Positions 11,408 to 56,192 of a stretch of DNA of 64,000 bases are shown in pieces (the first letter of the stretch is position 1; every line of letters starts with the position of its first letter). The notes beneath the pieces are model-generated. The model ran no database searches and was not told where the DNA came from. It worked only from the letters and a program-made list of their open reading frames with translations. This DNA comes from Styela clava (Eukaryota), in NCBI RefSeq assembly GCF_964204865.1, contig NC_135258.1, positions 9,424,001-9,488,000 on the forward strand, written 5' to 3'. A program made the position numbers and the translations under genes.

Positions 11408-14400
11408 AAAAGTGGTGAGATAGGTCGTCTAAACACTAAAGTCTTTGCAAACATTGTTTTTGATTGTTGAATTTAAATTTCCCATTTTATTGCACCGGTC
11501 TTCTACTGCATCATGACCAGAATTTTCTGTTCTTGCAGATGGTTTTAACTCATTACGAACACTGTTTTTCCTTTCACCAAAATTTATACGTTTTAGTTAC
11601 AATTCGGCGCCCAACTGCGAATGCATTCAGCATGTGTAAAACAAAACGAAAATTGGCGACTCGGAAAATAAGTATACGCTAGATGGAGAGGAAGAGTTGA
11701 GATATTGAGGGTGGTGAAGCTTGATTATGAACATAAGAACTAGCCGGCAAAATTCCTAGAAGTTGCCTTTTCGTGGAGTTTCAATTTGAATATTTAGACA
11801 CACTGGTGCTGGCACTGAAAATGCCTTAATTTGACAGCTTATCTAACTCACTTGTGTCTATGATGTGTTTGTCTAACTATAATCGGACCAATAGGAATTG
11901 TAATCAGTAGTACAATGGTGTGTACCATAAGGAGATGCTTAAATTTGCATTATATTATGATCCCTCGCTCATTATCTCTTATATCAGGAACTTCCTCTTC
12001 AGCCATCTTGCTATTTCCCGTTTGCCAAGGCGCGGGTGTCCTATTACAACGTTAAAGATTGATTCCAACAAAACATATGACAGTAATTTGATCCCAGAAT
12101 ATTGAGCAGGCTGCTATCACTGTTGCATTCAGAAGGTCCACTGTATACACAACATAATACTAAAATATTACACAGTGAGTTATATTCAGAATCCAAACTA
12201 CCACCGCAATTCTTCAAGCCTTACTATATATAAGTGCCTCGTATACTTGTGTAAAATTTATGTATAATATATATTCGGAAATGAGAACAGCCGGTCATAT
12301 GAAAAATTTTTGAGTATTCGCTTTTTTAACATGACAACATTTTGCCAAGTCGCTTGCTAATTTGGTTTTGATGTGATGTTCCTCATGTATGCACATAACA
12401 CAACTCCACAAACACCCACTGCTATTCGCGTTACCCTATTTCCTAAGTAAGTATTGACTATCGCTCTTTAGCGTTTCCAATAGGCGGGTATGGACATCTG
12501 TACCTCATTACAAAGGAAGCAACTTTCCAAACGAAAACGCTAATCGATTGATTTCTTAGTAATTTATGTCCAGTAAACTCTCCAACATAGCGGTATTTAA
12601 CCCCTCCATGATCGAAAGAGATTATTGCTGTATCCCAGATATTAAAGTATATTCTTTTCACGTCGAGGCTACTTTGCACTCAAATTGTTTGTTTGTTTTT
12701 GTTGTTATTGATTGTTTTATTCGCACTCGTCATTATTATTGCTGTGTTTGACAAGTTGTTTCACACGTTTTGGGCTCTCAGGAATATTGTCGGACTTTCG
12801 TCCGCAGTTGTTCAATCGTGTGTTGTTATGAATATTATTATCATTGCCACCCTTTATGGTGGTATTTAAGTCAATATGATGCGTGGGGTTTTGGGGGTAC
12901 TAATATATATATAAAGCCTAAGTCTTATCATTTATACATAGCTGCTATGGCACGCTGCTAATGGAACTAACTGCTTAGGTGATTGAGAGTAACATCATTT
13001 TGTATGAAAAAGTTAAATGGTCTTTGCACAGTTTATAAAGCATATTTAATATTGTTTCTTGATTATGCACAAAGCTGATGTAAGAAAACTGTATTTGCTG
13101 CTTTTCCTGCATTATTGTACAGTATAAATATATTCAGAAAGATTTCGATGCTTAGACAATCCCAGAGTCCTATTATCAAAACGTACTATATTTAATACAG
13201 CACTATTTAAATATACCCTATACCGTCTTTATATAATCACTATATTTTTGCTTTGATATATATGGTTACACTACAGCGCTTACCAGTCTTCGCAGCTGTT
13301 CACTGCCAATGTGGTGTCGTCAAAGCATGGCCTCTCACCTTTGATAAAACGACTTGCCAGGTTTCGTAGTTTATAGATTGCGTTGATGTTTGGCGTTATT
13401 GTGTATCCGTCGCCAGTTCACGTGCAGTTCCTTTCGTCATTCGGCGCGTAGATTTGTATATAGTATTTTTTTGTTTAATATTGTGTTTTATGTTTACCAA
13501 TTTTTACTTTGTTTTAAATTAATCTGAATGGATAACCAACCGCTCCAATTTGAGGGCCTAAAAAGGCATGATTGCGACAAAATTCCTTGCTGCTATGACG
13601 GACGTTGTGTTCGATCAAAATTCTTTCCTTTTTCTTGTGCATTTGTACGCAATTCATGTCATTTTCCCATTGTATATATTACTTCACTGAGCAACCATAG
13701 GCCGACACCAATTGCAATATAGATAGACAATCATTATTTGTTAGGTTGTTTACATGCCGTTTAATGTTGTAATCATGGTTTGTTTTGATTATTATGAATA
13801 TTGCTAATATCATTTATTGGCAACTGGTATACTCACTTCAAGAAATTCTTCAACTGATCCTATTTTCTGCCTATATGTATCTTTAATCAATGTAATAAAT
13901 TATGATGTATGATTTCAATGCGTTGCAATACACTTGTATCAAGGTAAAGGCAGTCATGAATTCAGGGGGTTAGGGCGAACCCGTTCTTAGAATGCCGGAT
14001 AATTAGCGAACTCGTTTTTGTTTTTGGAAATGAGGGAACATGCTGTTGCTGAGCTCGAAGCAAATAGAACCCATCACTGGGTAGAGGCTTATGTTATGAG
14101 TGATACCCAATTCTACCCGATAGGCCTATATATATATATATATATATATTTAATAAGCGTGACTACTAAATATTTCATACGCAAAGCAAGATACAAAAAA
14201 AATAACTTAATATTCTTGCCAGTTGCCATAGTTCTGAAATATCTTAATTTCTCGATGGATAAAATAGGAGATACGCATAACAAAATAGAGAAGCGTCACT
14301 CATACAGATGTTTTAAGCGTTCTTCTCTTAGTTTTAGTTTACACACAGAAAAAAATTAACAAGGACGGAAATAAACCAATTTTGATATAAAAATTTTTCC

Positions 14401-14813
14401 ACGAATATATATTTAAAATTTCCTATAATAAAATATTTCAAATCTTACTCACAGCTAAGAAATAAAAAAGATAAACTTGTTTAGGCTACATTATAAGAAA
14501 AACACAGATTGCAAAAAGAGTGACAATAAAACTTTCTTAAAAGACTTCTTTTTTGTTATCCAACAATTTGATTACGTGATTATTATATCATAGCAATTGC
14601 TGAGTGTTTTTTTCTGTGTTTTTGTTCAATATTCTTCATATCATTTATATCTAGAGTTTTCCTTTTCCGATAGCGATACCGTTCTTATCTTAACTGTCAC
14701 GGTGAAGATAGTGAATTTAGGAGTTTCTATTATGGATATGCTTGCTAAATAATAGTAATTATTTAGGTAAGATAACCGATGATGTTCCTTTGTTTTTGGT
14801 GTAAGACTTGAGG

Positions 14814-14934
14814 GCCACGTCGACTTTTTTCCCCTAAATTTAAACTTTCGAAATCGACGCCAAACTCCGACATGCCTGCGGCTATTTTTGAAACATATAT
14901 TTACGCAGGGGAAGCGGCGACTGAACGCCACGTG
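14814..14934 (+). promoter_or_regulatory. Putative promoter of the Cys-rich RDEL gene with two GCCACGT (UPRE/G-box-like) cores
   Basis: GCCACGTCG at 14814-14822 and GCCACGTGA at 14927-14935 lie in a locally CpG-rich stretch 65-185 bp upstream of ATG 15000. Confidence 0.3.
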
Positions 14935-14999
14935 AAAATATATTCACGAGAAGTTAGTATAAGGTAAATCGAGTTAGTATCTAGGAGGTCTTGAGAAAG

Positions 15000-17900
15000 A
15001 TGTGGCAACCAATCGGAATACTCATGTTCCTCTGTTCATCAGGAGTGGTGTTGGCCCAAGATATGTCGAGCGATGCCATTCTGGTAAGTGCAATTCATCA
15101 ATATCCCTTAGTTCCTCAAGTAACTAAGGATTTCTGGAATAAGAAAAACCCTTTTTGCTTTGTTTTCTATAATCCTTCCAATATCAAAACAACAAATTCG
15201 ATGTAAATCTTGGGAGGAAATATTACTCTGTGTATATATATATATACAATTTACAGAGTAATATTTCCTCCCAAGATTTACATATATATCTATATATATA
15301 ACAATATGAAAAATAGAAATGAAAAACGTACATTCCCATTCCTTGTAATTTGATCAGGTGAAAATCAGCGAGGTAAATGAAAGGAAAGGGGACTTAGTTC
15401 CATGGTATTACGGTGCGCTCTATTGTGGTGAATATTTTTAAGATGCATCCAGCCATTTACCTCCATTTAATCAGTAGTCACTTTAAAAGATTTTGCACTT
15501 ATTTGATTGGAAGAAGGAACGATTCTGAATAACTATTCTATATTTAAAAGAATCTGGATAGGATCAGAAACCGAGACCATTGCTTAAATGCTGTAGAAAT
15601 CTCCAACTAATGCATTACTGAACTTTGTTGTATACAGAAAACGGCGTATTGTATGTGCAAATGCTGTGCAAAAGATAAAAGTAGTTGTGTTCGGCTCAGC
15701 TCGAGTGCAAACTACGAATGCGGTGAAAGCATGTGCAATGAAAATACATGTATTGTGTACGATAAAGCAAGGTGCAAATCGTTTTGCTTCTGCAAGTAAG
15801 TTGAATTGGCATGATGTTTAGTCACTATATCCTTGACAAGATTGTTCAGTCCACAATGGTAAATAAACGAACATGGGTTTTGATATACTGCGATATGTAA
15901 ATGTACAATGAAAGATTACATATTTATTCTACATAACGTTTTACTAAATATATCTATATTTGGTACTCCTGAAGTATGCGCACCAAGATGTCGCATAACC
16001 TGAACCCTAACCTGGTACACAACCTGAGTTCAGGTTGTGCGCCATCTTGGCGCGCATACTTCAGGAATCAGGAGGTCCCTATATTTATAGTCAGGTTAAC
16101 TGTATTTATATAGTCTTCAGCTCTTTTGTTCAATACTCTAATATTTGTTGATAATAATTTTATTCTTGGACTAATTAAAATATAGATCGGAACGGAAGGT
16201 TACTGGAAACGGCTCTCATTGGGTTGTTTATTATAGATTAAATAATAACAACTGACAATCACATTAGTGTATCACTAAAAAATCTTACAAGCACGGTATG
16301 TTACCCAGCTACTCATTTTAGGGGGTGAGGAGGTGTTTCTAAATTTAGGGGTGATAGATATCAGTTATTAGTGACTTATAAAAAGTATTATTAGTATTTT
16401 TTTGGGGGAGTTACACATAATTCGTTTAATTGTGGTAAAACTATGGTTACTGTGAATGTGTGCTAAATTTTTTTAGGATGGTAATGTTAATATTTCCGCC
16501 ATTACAGTTTCAAATTGAATTATTTGAATATCTGTTTGCATAAACTTATTTCGTTTGCACAGTAAATGCAAATCAGTACTTGAAAAAGACGATCCGCGAT
16601 GTGCAACAAGATTTCCACGTCCAGCAAATTGCGAATGCAAGGAAAAAATTGATTGTAAAAAACACAAAAAAAACCCGGAAAAACTTGATAAAATACTCAA
16701 AAACAAAGACGACCCAGATTCTGAATGTGCCATTCCTTGCTACTGCAAGTGAGTATTCATAGACCATATTATTTTGTTCTCTGTTAAAATATGCATAAGT
16801 AAGGTTTAAAAATATCCTAGAATTCCATAATGGTAGGCAACATAATACATATATATATATAAACAGATGAACTGCATAGACTTACATAGTTTATGGTATT
16901 TCATACAGAAATTGTAAAGCCACATTACCTCCTGAAAATCTTAGAATATGTTTGGAAACGGAGGCACCTGATTCACATTGCAAATGTGAAACCATAAAAT
17001 GTCCCGGACCTGGAGTTATAAAGAACTTGAATAAGGTATTGAAAATTTTATTCGTATAGTATAGTAGATGAGATTAAACAGCCATGGAAATATGATTATC
17101 TGCTGCTTACGATGACGAAAAAACTGGGGGAAAACTTTATTTATGAATTTTAATATGATAATCAACAGTAGCGTACGCCGGTTTTCGTTGAGGGGGTCAC
17201 TAAAAACTTGAAATTTTACGATACTAATACGGTGCCATATTTTTGTACGTTTATAATTTATCCAACGGAAAAGATTTATTGTGACGTTATATTCGATTTT
17301 ATTAAAAGTCATGATGACGTCATAAATAATTTTGAAAAAAGTTGCATAAACTATAAAGCAAGTATATTCGGTAATAACTTGTATTAAAAACACGTTAAAA
17401 CGTCCAACACTCCGGTAAAACATGGTATAAGAAAATGTTTAAATACTTGTTTCTATTCACAATGGCATTGACCATGGTCATCTGCCGACATCATAAATCT
17501 TGGGATTTAATTTTTTGGTATCGGAACGAAAGAAAATAATTTGTTTTTGATAATGTTACGCACTCGTGATGTTCATTGCTTGATCTTGATAGATTCGGCA
17601 AGTGAGAAAGAAAAGGGAAGAAGAAAAAGACGATAGTTTTAATTTTTCAGATGAAATAGATCTCATTTTAGATCCAGTAGAGTCCAAAGCTATGAAATGT
17701 CGGATGAAATGCCAATGCAGGTATGTACCAACAACGTGATATATAATACAAAGAAACACCACACATACACATACAAGTATATGTTGATAGCAAAAAGGGG
17801 TACAAGGAGAAGACGACGTAGAGTAAACGATTGGGGCTCACGTTTTGAAAAATGCACATTCTTCTGAGTATGATAAAATCCTATATTACCGAAACACATT

Positions 17901-19086
17901 TCAAACGGCTTCCTCCACCACCAAGTCCATGCATCTGGAAACAACCAACTAGCCTAGTAATCCTCCATATGGGCTGAAAACCAGACGGGAGGCCGTGGTT
18001 CGTGATATGACCATGTCGTATTATCGACTTTCCTCTCCCATCCTAATAATCTCTTCTCTATTTTTTCTGAACTGGGATGCTACATTTGCAAATAAACCGA
18101 GACAGATAGTTTTTCAGCATAACGTGAGTCAAAGACCACAAAGTTTGTAAAACAATGATAGCTGTATTCTTGACACATTTGCCATATTCTATTTGTCTTT
18201 CCAACCTGAAATGTTATTTTTCTTATAGTATATGCGCTGATGCACACGACAACGTACAAGAAACGTGTGAAAGGTTACTGCCTAAACCTCCAATTGATTG
18301 TCCTGAATGCGATCCAGATAAAGTTAACTGTCGCGAGAATACAATTGACGAGCAATGTCGAGTTTATTGTTTTTGCAAGTAAGTTTGCTATCCATTTTGT
18401 CCTTTTTTACTGGGAGTAACGATATATATCGAAAAAAATTCTGTTCATTGACGATAAGCAAACCAAGTCAGCTAAAGTTACATTCTGGTAAACGGGCAGA
18501 ATGATTCACATTCAAAGAAACAAACGTAATGGTGATTTATCTTCCATTGAATATATATTAGTCGAATATTTTCAAAGAATAATGCATTATGACTATGTTA
18601 GCATCGCAGGTTCAAAGGTCACACACCTCGGATGAAAACCTGAACATTGTTCATTGCGTGCACATTACCATATAGTCATATACTTTTATAGGATAAGATT
18701 TGATGTACCGAACGGCTAAATATCCTATATATTGTGCAATTGAAATGTGTGAAATTGGTTCGGGGATTAGTCTCTAACTCTTCAAAAAAAAAAAATGCGA
18801 ATCAAGCTTCAGAGTAAAATTTTCGCGTACTTATAAAATCACTAACGTTTTTACTTATTTCAGAAAATGCAAGGACGATTCTAGGATCCCGTTCAATTAT
18901 AAGAAATCATGCATCGACGTAGTTAATAAGCAGATAGGTTGTCTCTGCGAAGGAAAGGGAGACGATTGTGGCATAATAGAAAAAATGTCTGAGAGAGGGA
19001 CAGAAAGCTTCAAAACGACTAAGGATAAAAAAAGAGCTAAAAAAGGGAAACTTAAAAAGAAAAAGCAGGACAGAGATGAATTATAG
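15000..19086 (+). CDS. Uncharacterised secretory-pathway cysteine-rich repeat protein with C-terminal RDEL, 7 exons, 351 aa
   Basis: Exons 15000-15083, 15638-15795, 16563-16748, 16909-17035, 17593-17720, 18229-18378, 18864-19086 are all GT-AG and phase-compatible (1056 nt, no internal stop). Signal peptide MWQPIGILMFLCSSGVVLA/Q; 40 Cys in the mature chain; ends KKGKLKKKKQDRDEL*. The exon 5 acceptor (cttgatag) is the least certain junction. Confidence 0.85.
15201..15283. repeat. Perfect 31-bp inverted repeat (hairpin) with a TA-rich 21-nt loop
   Basis: atgtaaatcttgggaggaaatattactctgt (15201-15231) is the exact reverse complement of 15253-15283. Confidence 0.9.
15962..16078. mobile_element. 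Palindromic MITE, family A, copy 2
   Basis: Same arms as 9658-9770. 8-bp TSD CTATATTT at 15954-15961 and 16079-16086. The spacer contains aaccctaacc. Confidence 0.85.
17887..18041 (+). repeat. Dispersed repeat, possibly a SINE fragment
   Basis: Shares ttcctccaccaYcaagtcc..gcatctg.aa...aa..aact.gc and a cttcctc/ctttcctc end with 28250-28380. A reverse-oriented remnant may lie at ~31135-31210. Confidence 0.5.
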
Positions 19087-21344
19087 TCATTTTTGTTTTG
19101 AATTATTTAGTCAATAATTAGTCGAAATACCGATTATTGCTACACACTTGATATGCCGGATTACATTGAAATATTTATTGTAAATCTTTGCAAAAATCCT
19201 ACACGCTTTTCACAAATTATACAAGTATTATTAAATTAGTCTAGGGAATATTTTGACGGATTGTAGTTATTATGAATGCACTCAAGTCTGCACTAGTGAC
19301 AATATAAAATACCTCTGTGTGAAAGTTATTTTTGTGGAGTAAGAAGTGTTGGCGGACTTCGAATATGTATTGCCAGCAAAATTTTAAATTGCATTGGTTT
19401 TGTAACCTTTTGTACTCACTATATTAAACGGGACTTTGAAATTATAGTTTTTGTGATAAATGGAATATCTAAGTTAGTTGTTGTTGAAGAAGTACTAACA
19501 GTACCATGAATGCGAGGAACCAAAACTCGATAGAATCGACTAGATATGGGCTGGCCTTTCATGGTAGATAGGCCTACCAATTCATACCTTGTGTATTAGC
19601 AAAGTTGGAAAATCCGACACGTCGTAATTTTCACTTACGTTGCCAGGGATTCACATATACCGAACAGGGTCACACTGCATATGCTAACAATTAATCTTTT
19701 CCTACTCGATAGTAATAAATTTCTGTCTATTCGTATGAACAAGGACCATAATTCAAGCACGTAGAAAACGTAGCAGCGCAAGTAAAATGAAAGAACGCAC
19801 ATACAAAAAGATGTCCTAATTGTACCTACAAAAGAATGCAATAGCCAACCTACTAAAATCGAAGTAGGACTGGCATCTCAAAGCTCACCTGTACCGTGAC
19901 CACCCGCGTCTCAGTGCACGAAGGCGAAAATTTCAGCAGAGAATTGCAAAATTTGTCAGAAGTTTCGGAGGGGTAATAAATATTGGTATATCGGAGTTGC
20001 GCCGCATTTTCCCATCCACAAAAAAATATATGTATGCCGATTTTTAGAGTCCTGGTTTTAGAAATGACATTTAAGCTAAGCTCTAAGTTTGCGTAGTTGC
20101 ACGATAATGTACCAGAACGAGAGTTATACAATTACAAATTTACCTTCTTCCTACTTGTGAGCTAACAATCACAAATGGTGATCTCTTCAGGTATAACAAC
20201 ATCCCGAGACAAAATTTTACGTTTTTCTTTAATTAATATCTTTAAATAATGAACTAGAACAAAAAATTCAACAAGATTTCAATTCGATATTTTTTACAAT
20301 AAGTACAATACTACACAGTAGCATTCAACATGATGGGTGTAATGGAAGTATATCCAACAAGCAAAAAGTCATTATATCTTAAGCCCACGTCCGACCTAAG
20401 TCATCTAAATATATTTCACTGACATGCTATTTTAAACTCTTCATGAAGCACAAAGCATTTTTTAGAGTCACGGCTAATGAAAATTCATATTCAACAACAG
20501 TTATTAAATTGAATTATTTTCTTGGAATATTTGAACGCAAACGCACAAGTAAAACATTGATAAAAAGAAATTGTATAGCCTTAGCACATGATGATAACGC
20601 AAAACAAGAAAGCGATAGTGAGAAAGCTTTGAGAAAAACGAATTTACAAATTAAATTCATTCTATTTTCAGCCAAGGAAAAAGGGGTAAAATTCAGTTCC
20701 AATTGGTTAATATTCCACTGAAATGCTGAACATACTGAACCAATTGAAATGGAATTTTATTGATTAAAAATTTCAAATGCCGAAAAATCCATGCCGCCAA
20801 TACTAGAGTAAAAAACAGAAAATTCAAATTAAATTGCTAATACAGGAAAAGCAAAGAATGAAATACCATGCTTAATTGAATAGACAAAATTGAAAAAAAC
20901 AAAAAAACAGTCAGAATTGAATGCTGAACTGCTGAATTGAATCTACAAATCTAAAAAATCAAAGAAATTGGGAATACAGAAAAACAAACCAATTCATTGG
21001 CCAAAATAGGGTCACAGGAGAAAACATTTTATTTTTCAATACAAAAAGTATAATTTAAATCAAAAGGCATCAATACTAAATAATGCTGTCTTTCATTAAT
21101 ATATATATTAAATACCGTATCATCATTTGATCCTAATTGATAGAAGAGAACATGCAGAGCAATAATATTCTAAAGGCAGCAGCAGGTTATACTTTTGAGA
21201 GAAGAATTGCACAAAAAAAAAAAGTACAGAAGAAGTGAAAATAATGAGATAAAAAACAAGGATGAAAAAGAGCGAGTTATGGGATTACAACCAGAGGCGA
21301 TAGCTGGGGTTCATCTCTGTGATATTTTGTTTACTACTAGTTTC

Positions 21345-21581
21345 GGCACTCCCGAAGTATGTGTACCAGGTCAGGTCATGATTTTATTCTGATTTTCCCT
21401 ATTTTAGTTTTATTACGAGTTCGGGACTGTTTGTGTTAGCCAAGTGAATATACCCCCTGTCCATAGGCTTCAGTCCCTTTATACAACTTGATGTAAAAGT
21501 AGGCGAACAAAATTAGTTACTTCTATATTGGTACACATACTTCTGGAGTGCCATTAATCTAAGTAAAAATCTGGGAGTGCC
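21345..21581. mobile_element. MITE family A, long variant (copy 3), in or near the SLK 3' UTR
   Basis: Termini ggcactcccgaagtatgtgtacca and gggagtgcc. 8-bp TSD CTAGTTTC at 21337-21344 and 21582-21589. A second right-end motif (tggtacacatacttctggagtgcc) ends at 21552. Confidence 0.8.
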
Positions 21582-23317
21582 CTAGTTTCAATTACAATGC
21601 TATTAAAAAATAAGTATATGAGTAATACATCTAATTCTATAACAAACTTTATGCGTAATTCACCACATTTTAAGTAAAAATCATTGAAAACCAACAAAAA
21701 ATGGTCGAAGAAAGTTGAAAACAATCAGATATGGATTGTTTACAAAAACAAACACTGAAGAGTAAGAAGAGCCAAAAACAAAATTTGGTTTTATACACAT
21801 TACTTTATTCTGGTTGAGGAAATTAGTAAATAAGAACAATTGCAGATTCATTGACCGTGATGAACTAATATAAATAAGATATGAAACGTGGTTACAATAT
21901 ATTAAACTGACACTCGAGTAATAATTTGATAAACATATATTTGAAAATTCTTTCGTTATAAAAAAGCTTGAGAGTAGGAATTAATAATTGTAAATTTATA
22001 ATCTGGTAGTTTTTCTATGCAAATTTTTCCGAACAGTTATGCATCATTATAATGACCGATTATTACAGAATTCAATTTCATTTTAGGATCAATACGAATA
22101 CAGGTAACTAAATCAAGAATTATTTGTTTATCAATTATGCTGTAACATTTATTTTAATTTCAAAACTCAAATCCCATAGAAATAAAAAATTATAGAATTA
22201 TGTTTGCGGAAAAAAAATTTCTTTGGCTGTCTAAAATTGTGAGTCTCATTTTTGTAAAGCATCTAACAGAAAAATTCAATTCTAAATGAGCAAATTTGAA
22301 AATTGAAATAAAGTTTGTTCTTCACAATCGTGTAGCGTATAACATGTATTAAAAAAAGTGACAAAAAATTGTGGAAATTTGTTACTTTGAAAAACAAAAC
22401 AAAATCACCAGCAATGCTCTGTTACAGCTGGACGACCAACATCAAGCAAAGTACAATCTGATTATCAGTCCAACTGGAAATATTAATGACGAGTCAGTTG
22501 AATGAACAAGAATGAAATAATATCAAAGATCAAGCCTCACTTGAAAGATGCAATTCATTTCAATTTTCTAACAAAAAAAAATCTTTCAGAATTGGGCGAT
22601 ATGAATGAAACTAATAAAGTTGGGCATGAGAAATTTTCAAATAATTGAAAACAAATGTGGAAGCCGACAGGTAAAAGAATATAATTAGCCATGCATTTAA
22701 CAATGATATGTACATGACTCTGTATATAGCTGAGTATATGAATATAGAATGAGCATACATGGTCATAGTCAACATCAGGAAATATTTCAACATTAAAGAA
22801 CATCTCCTTGCTTAAGAAGTAAAAATAGTTATATATGCATTTTAGGCATTATTCATGTTCAGAAAAACGATTGTACATGATCTCTGTTCATAGAGCACCG
22901 CTGCAGAGTGTGGCATGCATGATTGCTACACCACCATGAAACAGTGGAACATTTTTTTCTTCCTTCAAGATACTTACTTTTTATAGAAAGGTAATACCAA
23001 TTCAAGTGTAATGTAAACAGATAAGTACTAAGATAATTTATTTCTTCACTTTTATGATATTTTGAAATACAGTATTAGTAATGTGGAGTTTTGAATTAAA
23101 TCAAATATACCCAAAATGGTTGAGGAGAATGAATGAGTAGGTCTCTAATTAATGAGAGTTTGTCTTGACGACAACGTACAAAAAAAATTAATTTGAATCT
23201 TTCATTTTCCAAAGTACTCCCACAAACCTCGCTAATGTCCTTGCATATACGCAAGTATGCAAACAATATGGAGGTATTATTTAATATCAAATTGAATTAC
23301 GAATACTTTCAATTACG

Positions 23318-56192
<32,875 letters not shown>

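Noticed and set aside
13270-13460. GC-richer minus-strand segment (IYAPNDERNC..., gtaagc donor) as an exon or LINE endonuclease fragment
   Set aside because: It has an in-frame stop, no further endonuclease motifs and no partner exon.
15000-19086. Calling the Cys-rich gene a vanabin, metallothionein or tesmin/CRC protein
   Set aside because: Only a sub-motif or the composition is shared. Overall Cys spacing, length, signal peptide and RDEL do not fit those families.
19860-20050. Protein-like frame DWHLKAHLYRDHPRLSARRRKF... between the convergent genes
   Set aside because: No start codon, a poor acceptor and no recognisable homology.
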